Shown piece by piece: positions 8,050-17,045 of a stretch of 31,174 nt of DNA (position 1 is its first letter; every line of letters begins with the position of its first letter). The notes beneath the pieces are model-generated. The model saw only the letters and a program-made list of their open reading frames with translations, was not told the DNA's origin and searched no databases. Made by a program: the position numbers and the translations under genes. The DNA comes from a virus (lineage: Duplodnaviria > Caudoviricetes), in the IMG/VR virus record IMGVR_UViG_3300010276_000006, positions 1 through 31,174 of that record; one strand, given 5' to 3'.

Positions 8050-9561
8050 ATGTTAACTCTGAGACCTTATCAAGCCGAATGCAAAAACATCATCGACAAC
8101 ATTGCTCCCGGCTCCTATCTCGTTCAGATGGCGACCGGATTGGGAAAGACGGTGACGTTCGCGTCGCTTGAACGCCGCGGAAGAGTGCTCATACTCTCTC
8201 ACCGCGAAGAACTTGTTAGGCAGCCGCTCAAATATTATGACTGCAAGACCGGAGTTGAAATGGCGGGCGAAAGCGCTCCTCCCGACGCGGAAGTTGTGAG
8301 CGCTTCGGTGCAGACTCTCACCCGCAGACTGAACCGGTTTACTCCCGACGAGTTCGACATGATTATTACCGACGAGGCGCATCACGCTGCGGCCGCATCC
8401 TACAAACGCATTTACGAGTACTTTACTCCACGGCTCCACATAGGCTTCACAGCCACGCCGGGACGCGGAGATAAGGTACGCCTGGATGATATCTTCGAGG
8501 ACATAATCTTCCAGCGCGACCTGCGCTGGGGAATAGAGAACGGCTATTTGTCGGACATATTCTGCCGGAGAGTCAACATAGGTTATGACCTGTCGCATGT
8601 ACGGACAAGCCACGGAGATTATGCCCCGGGCGAGCTGGCAGAGGCGATGGAAGGGACGGCCGACGCAATCGCGCAAGCATACAGAGAGCTGGCAACAGGG
8701 GCGACGCTCATCTTCGCGGTGTCGGTGAAGCATGCGCACGAAATTGCAGACCGCATACCGGGAGCCGTGGTAGTGACCGGAGAAACAAAAAACCGGGCAG
8801 CCATAGTCAAAGCGTTCACCGAAGGCCAAATACCCTGCATCGTTAACGTAATGGTCTTTACCGAAGGCACGGATATCCCCCGCGTTGAAACAATCATCAT
8901 TGCCAGACCGACGCAGTCAGATACCCTATATACCCAGATGGTGGGGCGCGGACTGAGGCCGTTTTCAGGGAAAGAGAGGCTTAATCTTATTGATTGCGTT
9001 GGCGTCACTGGCAAGGCATCGCTCTGCACGGCGCCCTCGCTGTTAGGGATTGATATGCGAGACATCCCGCCGAGGAAGGCCGACGAGGTCCAGGGAATGC
9101 TTTTCGAACTGCCTGTTAAGGCTGCTGCCGCTGCGGATTGCCCGGAAAGCTGGATTAAGAACGTGGAAATCGTTAACCTTTGGGCGAAGGCGCAGAAATA
9201 TCAGACCCACGACGTCAACTGGTTCAAGATGCCGGACGGCTCCCTGGTATGTAGCTTGCCGGACAAAGTAACGATAAGAATAGGACCTCAAGACGAGCTG
9301 GGGCGCGCAGAGTTTAACGGCGTTCGCATGCCGATGCAGGCAGCTCTGGACCACGCTTATATCTATCTGCAGGAGCGCTACCAGCATTGTAGGGCTATCT
9401 GGGACCTGAACGCCGTCAAGCGATGGGGCGCGGCTCCTGCTTCCGAGAAGCAGCTTGCGATTATAAAGAGGCGGTTTAGAGGGTTTGACACTTCGGGGCT
9501 TACCAAAGCTCAGGCTGCCCAGATACTTAACCGGGTGATAGGAGGTAGGAAAGCAGGATGA
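8050..9561 (+). CDS. SF2 DEAD/DEAH-box DNA helicase (RadD/IRC3-like)
   Basis: LRPYQ, ATGLGKT, DEAHH, FTATP, TEGTDIP, QMVGRGLR; AAGGAGGT RBS. Confidence 0.92.
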   Translation: MLTLRPYQAECKNIIDNIAPGSYLVQMATGLGKTVTFASLERRGRVLILSHREELVRQPLKYYDCKTGVEMAGESAPPDAEVVSASVQTLTRRLNRFTPDEFDMIITDEAHHAAAASYKRIYEYFTPRLHIGFTATPGRGDKVRLDDIFEDIIFQRDLRWGIENGYLSDIFCRRVNIGYDLSHVRTSHGDYAPGELAEAMEGTADAIAQAYRELATGATLIFAVSVKHAHEIADRIPGAVVVTGETKNRAAIVKAFTEGQIPCIVNVMVFTEGTDIPRVETIIIARPTQSDTLYTQMVGRGLRPFSGKERLNLIDCVGVTGKASLCTAPSLLGIDMRDIPPRKADEVQGMLFELPVKAAAAADCPESWIKNVEIVNLWAKAQKYQTHDVNWFKMPDGSLVCSLPDKVTIRIGPQDELGRAEFNGVRMPMQAALDHAYIYLQERYQHCRAIWDLNAVKRWGAAPASEKQLAIIKRRFRGFDTSGLTKAQAAQILNRVIGGRKAG

Positions 9562-10007
9562 AGCCTATAATTTTCAGCACGCCGATGGTTCGGGCGATAC
9601 TCGACGGGCGCAAGACCATGACGCGGCGGGTGATTAAGCCGCAGCCGCTACCTGACGCAGACATTCATAGGGCGTCGCTATTTGACGTACTGCACATCAG
9701 GGACGAGATTTATGCAAACAAATGGCGCTCTCCCACGATCATGCCCCGCGAAGCTGCGCGGATCTTCCTGCGCGTGATCGACGTGAAAGTTGAGCGGCTG
9801 CAGGATATAACTCCGTATGACGCATGGTTTGAGGGGTGCCGCATTGGTAATTCTTTCCCGTGGGAAGAGCACAAATTGCAACAACAATGTCGGAACGTGA
9901 TGTTTAAAAATCTATGGGACAGCCTATATTCCAAGCGCGGCTATCCGTGGGAAAGCAATCCGTGGGTGTTGGTCATAAGCTTTGAAAGGTGTGAGACAAC
10001 ACCATGA
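9558..10007 (+). CDS. Phage protein, ASCH-like family
   Basis: MKPIIFSTPMVRAILDGRKTMTRR...MPREAARIFL...VERLQDIT...NPWV signature common in phages. Confidence 0.7.
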   Translation: MKPIIFSTPMVRAILDGRKTMTRRVIKPQPLPDADIHRASLFDVLHIRDEIYANKWRSPTIMPREAARIFLRVIDVKVERLQDITPYDAWFEGCRIGNSFPWEEHKLQQQCRNVMFKNLWDSLYSKRGYPWESNPWVLVISFERCETTP

Positions 10008-10369
10008 CCGAGTTCCAACATCAATACACCGTTATGCAATGGTCCCTCGCGGTCCGGCAGAAGTACCCCGAGCTGCGGCTCCTTTTCCACATCCCAAACG
10101 GCGGGAGCCGCGATAAAGCTGAGGCGGCCAATTTCAAGCGCGCCGGCGTTAAGCCCGGCGTACCGGATCTGTGCCTGCCGGTACCGAGAGGGCGGTATCA
10201 CGGGCTGTACATAGAAATGAAAACCGAAAAAGGCGCCGAGAGCAAAGAGCAGAGATGGTGGCGCGAGGAATTGACGGCTCAGGGGTATTTCTCGACCGTC
10301 TGCCACGGCTGGAAAAGCGCTGTCAAAACCATCGAGTGGTATCTGAACCTGAAGGAGGGGCAGCCGTGA
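10004..10369 (+). CDS. VRR-NUC domain nuclease (Holliday-junction-resolvase-like)
   Basis: HIPNGG, GVKPGVPDL, LYIEMK...S.EQ..W motifs. Confidence 0.9.
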   Translation: MTEFQHQYTVMQWSLAVRQKYPELRLLFHIPNGGSRDKAEAANFKRAGVKPGVPDLCLPVPRGRYHGLYIEMKTEKGAESKEQRWWREELTAQGYFSTVCHGWKSAVKTIEWYLNLKEGQP

Positions 10370-10459
10370 GATGAACGTGCAGACGTCATACCGTCGCTGG
10401 ACGAAGAGTGAGGACAAGCCTATGAAACCACCAGTATTTAACCATCAGCAATATACGGG

Positions 10460-10535
10460 TAAACAACTTTGATGGTGGTTTACAAAAATAAGCGTAAAAA
10501 AATATACAACGTTTTAAACAACTTTCATGGTGGTT
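10460..10535. repeat. Two 21-bp direct repeats TAAACAACTTT(G/C)ATGGTGGTT
   Basis: Copies at 10460-10480 and 10515-10535, one mismatch, separated by 34 AT-rich bp. Confidence 0.8.
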
Positions 10536-10569
10536 GTGGAGTTTGAAGCGTATATCAAGGAGGCCACCG

Positions 10570-10800
10570 ATGGACAAGCAGAATGACCATATTGAATTTG
10601 ACGACCCTATTAGACCAGAGTTTCACAGCATTATTCTGGATGCCTTGCGAGAAAAACTGGAACGGGGAAAGGGCTGTAGGTATTGCCAAGACAAATCATA
10701 CAAACAAAAAGGTTATTACGTTGACGACCCGGAGGGTGAAATTGTGGGGATAAACCATTATTGCATGAACTGCGGTAAACGATTGGAGGTAGAGCCATGA
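10570..10800 (+). CDS. Small zinc-binding hypothetical protein (CRYC...CMNCG)
   Basis: AAGGAGG RBS before ATG 10570; ATGA overlap with next gene. Confidence 0.65.
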   Translation: MDKQNDHIEFDDPIRPEFHSIILDALREKLERGKGCRYCQDKSYKQKGYYVDDPEGEIVGINHYCMNCGKRLEVEP

Positions 10801-11159
10801 AGATTGAGAAATGTCCGTTTTGCGGGGGAGAAGCAAGTTATCGTGATGATGGGCGGTGGGAGAAAGTTTATGATGAGGGCGGCGCAATTGTTGATGTTGA
10901 CATTAGCAGTCCATGCGTGTTTGTCATCGAATGCTCTTGCGGAGCTCAGATTGTTTCTGATGAAAGTGAAGATGCCGTAAGAGCCGCATGGAACCGCCGC
11001 TCCGATGCTGTGCCTGTGGTGCGGTGTAAGGACTGTAAACAATACAACACAACCAGCTGTTCGAAAGTGTTTGGCTGGTGCGATAAGATGAACAGAGTGG
11101 TACATGACGATTTTTACTGTGCTAATGGCGCAAAGATGGAAAGCGAGGGCAGTACATGA
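10797..11159 (+). CDS. Lar-family restriction-alleviation-like zinc finger fused to a second Cys-rich domain
   Basis: CPFCGGEA...C.CGA...A..AWNRR (Lar pattern), then DAVPVVRCKDCK..C...WC....DDFYC. Confidence 0.7.
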   Translation: MKIEKCPFCGGEASYRDDGRWEKVYDEGGAIVDVDISSPCVFVIECSCGAQIVSDESEDAVRAAWNRRSDAVPVVRCKDCKQYNTTSCSKVFGWCDKMNRVVHDDFYCANGAKMESEGST

Positions 11160-11473
11160 TATACGCCGTAGACTTTGACGGTTACCTATGCCGCAACAAA
11201 TGGCCCAACATCGGTGAACCAAGACGGTTAATCATCTGGTATTTCAAGCGTAAAAAGCGACGTGGCCACAAGCTGATTCTCAACACCTGCCGAGAGGGCA
11301 AACTGCTGCAAGAAGCTATCGACTGGTGCGCGAAACATGGGTTGTATTTTGACGCCCATAACGAAAATCTCCCGGAGCGGATAGCTGAGTACGGTAGAGA
11401 TTGCCGTAAGATTAGCGCCGACCGTTACTGCGACGATAAAAACCATTGGCTGAGGCCATTGATAAGGAGGTAG
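11156..11473 (+). CDS. Small HAD-superfamily hydrolase-like protein
   Basis: IYAVDFDG motif I, ILNTCREG motif II, KI.AD.Y.DDK motifs III/IV. Confidence 0.8.
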   Translation: MIYAVDFDGYLCRNKWPNIGEPRRLIIWYFKRKKRRGHKLILNTCREGKLLQEAIDWCAKHGLYFDAHNENLPERIAEYGRDCRKISADRYCDDKNHWLRPLIRR

Positions 11474-11479
11474 AGAACG

Positions 11480-11971
11480 ATGGCAGAATTAAAAGACAGC
11501 GGAGCAAGGCGAGATTTTGGCACAGGTGCGGTGCGGGATGTTGCAGAGGGCAAGGGCAGATGTGATTTACTACCGTTGGGCGTAATAGGCGAACAGACAG
11601 ATGACAACATCTTGTCTTTCATCGAAGCCTATATCCGAGATGGTGTACCTGAGCTTTTATGGGAAGCAATTTGTATCTTTTCCAAAAGACACTATAACGA
11701 AATCTTTACAGCCTTGCTTGAAGTTTCCAAACAGTACGAAGACGGCGCCCGCAAATACAATGAGCGCAACTGGGAGAAGGGCATACCGCTTCACTGCTAC
11801 ATAGATTCCGGCGTAAGACACTATCTGAAATTCCTGCGCGGCGACAAAGACGAACCGCACGACAGGGCGTTTGTATGGAATATGCTCGGCGCGATTTGGA
11901 CGCATGAGAACAAGCCGGAACTGATTGACCTGCCGTTTATACAGAAGGACAAGTCTGATGGCCAGGCATAG
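11480..11971 (+). CDS. dATP/dGTP diphosphohydrolase-like protein (DUF5664-type)
   Basis: F.TGAVRD..GKGR.DLLP and GARKY.ERNWEKGIP...IDS..RH motifs. Confidence 0.78.
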   Translation: MAELKDSGARRDFGTGAVRDVAEGKGRCDLLPLGVIGEQTDDNILSFIEAYIRDGVPELLWEAICIFSKRHYNEIFTALLEVSKQYEDGARKYNERNWEKGIPLHCYIDSGVRHYLKFLRGDKDEPHDRAFVWNMLGAIWTHENKPELIDLPFIQKDKSDGQA

Positions 11972-12010
11972 CGGCCCCAAAGGGGCGTATTCAGCGGGAG
12001 GGATTGCTAC

Positions 12011-12412
12011 TTGAGCAACAGGCGCGATTTGAGACTGGACAAGTACGAAATATCGAAATACGCCTACCGCGAGCTGCTTAATTTCTGCCGGCAATACCCT
12101 GAGAAGAAGGAAAAGCTGCGCGAGCTGAGAGGTTTAAGTTCGTCATCGTTTAACGGCACGCCGAGAGGAAACATCCCCGGAAACCCGACAGAGCGCAAGG
12201 CGATGATAGCGGCCCGTATTGCTGAAGATTGCGAGCTAATCGAGCAGACGGCGATCGAGGCGGATGTGAGGATTTATTCCTGGCTTATAAAAAACGTCAC
12301 AGAAGAGAATTTGCCGTATGAGTGCCTTAATCCGCCGATAGGCCGAAGGCAATTCTACGAAAGCAGGCGAAAATTTTTCTACCTGCTGGCACATAAAAAG
12401 GGAATGGTGTAA
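12011..12412 (+). CDS. Putative late transcriptional activator (RinA/ArpU-like)
   Basis: AYRELLNFCRQY, G.PTE.KA, C-terminal HTH-like GRRQFYE.RRKFF; position at end of the replication module; GGGAGGG RBS with TTG start. Confidence 0.7.
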   Translation: MSNRRDLRLDKYEISKYAYRELLNFCRQYPEKKEKLRELRGLSSSSFNGTPRGNIPGNPTERKAMIAARIAEDCELIEQTAIEADVRIYSWLIKNVTEENLPYECLNPPIGRRQFYESRRKFFYLLAHKKGMV

Positions 12413-12466
12413 AAAAGGGTAACACAAGTGACGTACTTATGGGTTATTTTAGTATTGTGGAATAGT

Positions 12467-12496
12467 GCGGCAGCCGGAGAAAAAGCCGGCTGCCGC
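12467..12496 (+). promoter_or_regulatory. Perfect 11-bp GC hairpin in the late-operon leader
   Basis: GCGGCAGCCGG-AGAAAAAG-CCGGCTGCCGC; no U-tract; follows an AT-rich candidate late-promoter region (12412-12465). Confidence 0.55.
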
Positions 12497-12518
12497 TGTA
12501 TATTCGGGTGGTGGTCGA

Positions 12519-13583
12519 TTGCAGATCAGCTATACCCTGAAAAGAAAATGCGCGGAACTGGCCAACGAAGGCGTGCCGTACCGCAAAATCTACGAAGAGG
12601 TATTCCTGCCGGCCCATCAAGGAATGTCATTTAGGACATTCAAGCGAAAATTAATCGAATGGCGCAAGAAGAAATGGGTGGATGACAGAATTCTCGAGGC
12701 GGCGAATCTGGAGTATAGTTTTGTGCCATATGCCGCCACAGTACAGGTTAATAGAAGCGGCGAGATTATCCAATCATGGGTAAAGCAATCAACTAACACC
12801 CGCGATTACGAGCGGCTGATCGAAATCATCAAAGAGAGCACCGAACCGGTACGAATCACTTGCCAGCGTACCGACGAAGCGAGCCACATGCTGGAGATCC
12901 CGCTGTGGGACATGCACCTAGGGATAGCTGATCTAGAATGGTACAGGTCCACCGTCGAGGAGACGCTGTGGTATATCCGCATGCGGCACTGGAAGAAGAT
13001 CATCATCCCGATCGGGCAGGACTTATTCCACAATGATGACTTCCGTGGCCGGACAAGCTCCGGACGGCAGATTGAAAAAGTCGATATGGTTAAGGCTTGG
13101 CGGGATGCCAGGACTATTTACTACTCCATTATCGACGAAGCTTACCGCAACGCCGACGAGGTTGAGATTATCTACATACGCGGCAACCACGATGAAAGCA
13201 TGACCTGGGCGTTTGTGCAGCTGCTGAAAGAACGGTACGGAAACGCGGACGATTCACTTGACTATAAGAAAGTCCGGACGTTCGGAGAGTGCTTCGTCGG
13301 CTTTACGCACGGTAACGGAGTGAAAAGCGGTTCTAAAGATTTACGAGGACAGTTCACCGTAAAGTTCCCGATCGAGTTCGCGCACGCCAAAGTGCGTGAG
13401 ATACATGTGGGCCATATTCACCACGAGAAAGAGGTCGATGAATACGGGATTATGATCCGGCGCTTATGTTCCGGTAATAAACAGGATGACTGGAGCGATA
13501 GCGAAGGATACGAAGGAGCGATAAAGCGGTTCATGTTGTTCGATTGGTCTGAGACCAAACTGGCGGGAATCTACTACGTTTAA
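12519..13583 (+). CDS. Calcineurin-like metallophosphoesterase with basic N-terminal (possibly HTH) domain
   Basis: All five motifs: WDMHLG, GQDLFHND, RGNHD, FTHG, GHIHH. TTG 12519 preferred (GGTGGTGG RBS) over GTG 12465, which lies at the hairpin. Confidence 0.85.
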   Translation: MQISYTLKRKCAELANEGVPYRKIYEEVFLPAHQGMSFRTFKRKLIEWRKKKWVDDRILEAANLEYSFVPYAATVQVNRSGEIIQSWVKQSTNTRDYERLIEIIKESTEPVRITCQRTDEASHMLEIPLWDMHLGIADLEWYRSTVEETLWYIRMRHWKKIIIPIGQDLFHNDDFRGRTSSGRQIEKVDMVKAWRDARTIYYSIIDEAYRNADEVEIIYIRGNHDESMTWAFVQLLKERYGNADDSLDYKKVRTFGECFVGFTHGNGVKSGSKDLRGQFTVKFPIEFAHAKVREIHVGHIHHEKEVDEYGIMIRRLCSGNKQDDWSDSEGYEGAIKRFMLFDWSETKLAGIYYV

Positions 13584-13598
13584 GGGGATGATGGCATT

Positions 13599-13784
13599 GT
13601 GAAGAAAAGGGAGATCACGCTTTGTTCACGATGCCTCATTGACTATAAAAATGCCGGCTATGATGTGAAGCCGGATCTTAAAAGCAAGATTAAGTCGCCT
13701 TGCGAGATATGTTCTCGAGAAGGTTACGATTATTATTTTTACGAGCAAAAACCTAAGTCCAGAGATAAAAGGCCGGGCGCTTAG
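13599..13784 (+). CDS. Small zinc-ribbon protein (CSRC...CEIC)
   Basis: AAGGGGATG RBS region, 61 aa, two CxxC pairs. Confidence 0.6.
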   Translation: MKKREITLCSRCLIDYKNAGYDVKPDLKSKIKSPCEICSREGYDYYFYEQKPKSRDKRPGA

Positions 13785-13866
13785 ACAGCTCATAGGTTCC
13801 TTGACCCTCCTACCTATGGCCCCGGCCTGTCTCTGGCATAACGATCTAGGCAAGAGAGGTGGTGGT

Positions 13867-14220
13867 ATGCCTGGTAAAGAAAATCTTATACCGCTTAACG
13901 AGCGAACAAAGGAAGAACAAAGGAAAATTGCCTCAGCTGGCGGTATCGCTTCAGGCATATCTCGTCGCCGCAAACGCAGTTTAAGAGAAGCTGCCGATAT
14001 ATATCTTTCTCTGCCGGTGTCCGACCGGCGCAGATGGAATAAAATCGCCAAAAAAGGCGTTGACCCGGATGACATCGATAACCAAATGGCAATGATAATT
14101 GGATTAACCGAAGCGGCTACTTGTGGCGACGCGAGGGCCGCAAAGGTAATAATAGACTTGCTGGGCGAAACCGCGCAGGCCGATAATGATAGCGAGGTGC
14201 GGATTATTGACGACGTGTAA
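13867..14220 (+). CDS. terS: Terminase small subunit (putative)
   Basis: ENLIPLNERTKEEQRKIASAGGIASG..RRRK motif, A..GD.RAAK, C-terminal VRIIDDV; immediately upstream of terL; GAGGTGGTGG RBS before ATG 13867. Confidence 0.72.
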   Translation: MPGKENLIPLNERTKEEQRKIASAGGIASGISRRRKRSLREAADIYLSLPVSDRRRWNKIAKKGVDPDDIDNQMAMIIGLTEAATCGDARAAKVIIDLLGETAQADNDSEVRIIDDV

Positions 14221-15445
14221 GCTGTCCGAGATCATATCTCCGGCCTTTTACGAGCCGCACCGCGCCGTTAAATCCGGAGGTATTGACGAGGTTGTCGCAA
14301 AAGGCGGCCGCGGCTCCTGCAAATCCAGCTGGATATCGATTGAGATGGTATTGCTACTTATAAAAAACCCTCAGATGCACGCGGTTGTATTCCGTAAGGT
14401 TGCAAACACTTTGCGGAATTCTGTTTATGCCCAATACTGCTGGGCAATATCAATGCTCGGATTAACCTCGAAGTTTAAGTGCACGGTCAGCCCTATGGAG
14501 ATTGTTTATAAAAAGACCGGGCAGAAAATCATGTTTTTCGGCCTGGACGACCCTGGCAAGATTAAGTCAATCAAGGTGCCGTTTGGATATATAGGTGCCG
14601 CGCATTTTGAAGAGCTTGACCAATACGAAGGACCGGAAGAAATCAGAAACGTTGAACAGTCCATATTCCGCGGCCCGACGGCAATCTGCTTTAAATCTTA
14701 TAACCCCCCGTCGATGATGCGGAACTGGGCAAACAAATACGCGCAAGAAACTCGACCGGGCAAGCTGGTACATCACAGCACATATTTAACTACGCCTCCC
14801 GCGTGGCTCGGGCCAAAATTCCTGGCCGATGCAGAGCACCTGAAGGAAAAGAATTTTACAGCATACCGGCATGAATATCTGGGCGAGATTGTTGGCAGCG
14901 GAACGGAAGTATTTTCGAACATTAAGGCCGAGACAATCACGGACGAGCAAATCAAGACCTTCGACCGCATATACAACGGTATCGACTGGGGGTATTATCC
15001 CGACCCGTTTCATTTCTGCCGGATGCATTATGACGCGGCCAGGCGCCGTTTGTACATATTCCAGGAGATAAGGGCGTATCGCAAAGGCAACCGCGAGACT
15101 GCGGATATGCTGATTGCGGCCGGCATAACCGGCGCTGATTTAATCACAGCCGACAGCGCAGAGCCGAAAAGCATAGGCGACTATAACAGCTACGGGTTGT
15201 ATTGCCGCGGGGCGCTTAAGGGCCCTGACAGCGTTAAGTATGGCATGAAGTGGCTGCAGTCGCTGGACGCCATCATAATTGACCCTGTGCGCTGCCCCGA
15301 AACATATCGGGAATTCAGCGAGTACGAATATGAAGTCGACCCGAAAACAGGCGAGGCTATGGAAGGTTATCCCGATGTGGATAACCACGCAATCGATAGT
15401 GTCCGTTATGCTATGGAGAGAGTCTACAGGAGACGGGGACAATGA
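14207..15445 (+). CDS. terL: Terminase large subunit, PBSX family
   Basis: KGGRGSCKS Walker A, FEE Walker B, SYNPP, GIDWGY, ADSAEP, NHAIDSVRYA nuclease motifs; GAGGTG RBS before TTG 14207. Confidence 0.95.
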   Translation: MTTCKLSEIISPAFYEPHRAVKSGGIDEVVAKGGRGSCKSSWISIEMVLLLIKNPQMHAVVFRKVANTLRNSVYAQYCWAISMLGLTSKFKCTVSPMEIVYKKTGQKIMFFGLDDPGKIKSIKVPFGYIGAAHFEELDQYEGPEEIRNVEQSIFRGPTAICFKSYNPPSMMRNWANKYAQETRPGKLVHHSTYLTTPPAWLGPKFLADAEHLKEKNFTAYRHEYLGEIVGSGTEVFSNIKAETITDEQIKTFDRIYNGIDWGYYPDPFHFCRMHYDAARRRLYIFQEIRAYRKGNRETADMLIAAGITGADLITADSAEPKSIGDYNSYGLYCRGALKGPDSVKYGMKWLQSLDAIIIDPVRCPETYREFSEYEYEVDPKTGEAMEGYPDVDNHAIDSVRYAMERVYRRRGQ

Positions 15446-15648
15446 GTAAATTTAAACAGTGGCTTATAAACAGATTCCTCCCCGCATACTGCCGGGACGA
15501 GCTGAAAGAAGAGAATCGGCGCCTTGCTGCTAAAGTCGCAGAGCAGCAGGCAGAGATTGACCGCCTGAATGCATATATAGCCGGCTTAGAGACAGCTATG
15601 AGGGCGCAGCGGCGTATAACAATTAACGTGGGCGAGGTGAGTAAATGA
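15442..15648 (+). CDS. Small coiled-coil protein between terL and portal
   Basis: ATGA overlaps on both sides; heptad-rich ELKEENRRLAAKVAEQQAEIDRL. Confidence 0.75.
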   Translation: MSKFKQWLINRFLPAYCRDELKEENRRLAAKVAEQQAEIDRLNAYIAGLETAMRAQRRITINVGEVSK

Positions 15649-17045
15649 GCATTGTATCGGCCCTTTTCGACAACAAAATACGAAACTTCGAACAGGCTTT
15701 TGGGGTTAAGGATATCACTACCCCCGCCATGAAGACGGCTATACAAGACTGGTACAACCTCTACTATGCCACCAACCTTAGCAAGGACGAAGACCCGTGC
15801 CAGCGCCTGCCCGTCACCATTGTGAATAAGCTCACGAAGACAATTTTTAGTGAGTATGAGGCAACAACCGACAACGAATTCGCTAAAGCGATAATGACGG
15901 GGCTCGAGCGTCGCCGCAAGCAGGCTATACAGCACTGCCTTATAGGCGGTGAGTGCTTCCTTAAGCCGCTCCTAATGCCGGACGGCCGCATAGAGTTTTC
16001 CACAATTCAGCGCCGGAACTATCTGGTGCTCGCCAGGAACGAAACCGATGCGATAACCGACATCGGCACTCAGGAGAGCACGGAGATAGGCGGGAAGTAT
16101 TACACCTTACTTGAGCGCCGCACAATCGACGCCCGGGGCTATTTGACAATACAAAATAGGCTGTATCAATCGACCGACAAAGAATCTCTCGGCGTTGAGG
16201 TGCCGCTCAGTACGCTTGAAAAGTACAAAGACCTTGAGCGCGTCAACCGGCTGCCGCAGCCAATCTGGTCGCTCGGGCTCATACACCTAAAGAACCCTCT
16301 CGAAAACTGCGTTGACGGCTCGGAAGACGGCGTATCCGTTTACGCACCTGCGGCCGGCCTTATCCATCTGATAAATGTCAACGAGAAGCAGATTAACGGC
16401 GAATTCGAGCGCGGAGAGTCCAGGATAATTGTAAGCTCTGATTTGATGGAAAAAGACCCGAGGACCGGTGCGCGGTCATTTAAAGACCACGTGTTCGTCG
16501 GACTCGACGAAGACCCGGACAGAGTAGGCGTGACTATTTTCTCGCCTGCATTTCGCGAGCAATCGTTCCTGGCGAGAAAGCGGGAATACCTCCGAAACAT
16601 CGAAAGCCTCATTGGCCTTAAGCGCGGCATTCTGTCTGAGGTTGAGGAGGTCGAGAAGACCGCAACCGAGATTACTTCATCGTCCGGGGAATACAACATC
16701 ACGATAACGGACTTCCAGGAGGTCTGGACGAACGCCGTTAAAGAGGCGCTGCGGGTATGCTCTATCCTAGGCGAAATGTATAGAATACACGGCGCCACAC
16801 AGCTCGACCCCGAGAAGGACGTTACAATCGACTGGGGCGACGGCGTGCTCTTCGACCGCGCACGGACGTGGAAGGAATATCAGGAGATGGTTGCGGCGGG
16901 CCTGTTAAAGCCCGAGATTGCAATCGCCTGGTACTTTGGCCTTCCGTTCCCGGAGACCCCCGAAGCCATAAACGATATAAGAGCCAAGTACATGCCGCAA
17001 CTTGAGGAGCTGACAAGGGGCAGTGGTGGCGAAGATGATGAATGA
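15645..17045 (+). CDS. Portal protein (A118/SPP1-type)
   Basis: 466 aa after terL; G.SVY..A..LI, IE...GL..G.LS, KTATEI, IDWGDGV motifs. Confidence 0.9.
   Translation: MSIVSALFDNKIRNFEQAFGVKDITTPAMKTAIQDWYNLYYATNLSKDEDPCQRLPVTIVNKLTKTIFSEYEATTDNEFAKAIMTGLERRRKQAIQHCLIGGECFLKPLLMPDGRIEFSTIQRRNYLVLARNETDAITDIGTQESTEIGGKYYTLLERRTIDARGYLTIQNRLYQSTDKESLGVEVPLSTLEKYKDLERVNRLPQPIWSLGLIHLKNPLENCVDGSEDGVSVYAPAAGLIHLINVNEKQINGEFERGESRIIVSSDLMEKDPRTGARSFKDHVFVGLDEDPDRVGVTIFSPAFREQSFLARKREYLRNIESLIGLKRGILSEVEEVEKTATEITSSSGEYNITITDFQEVWTNAVKEALRVCSILGEMYRIHGATQLDPEKDVTIDWGDGVLFDRARTWKEYQEMVAAGLLKPEIAIAWYFGLPFPETPEAINDIRAKYMPQLEELTRGSGGEDDE

Noticed and set aside
10460-10535. CRISPR array
   Set aside because: Only two 21-bp copies, not palindromic, no recognised repeat family, no cas genes; kept only as an unexplained repeat.
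11480-11971. Z-genome (2-aminoadenine) biosynthesis cluster
   Set aside because: No PurZ, DatZ-like HD protein or phage DNA polymerase in the window.
12412-13866. tRNA genes in the late-leader region, where phages often carry them
   Set aside because: No cloverleaf or T-loop (GTTCRA) consensus in the intergenic gaps.
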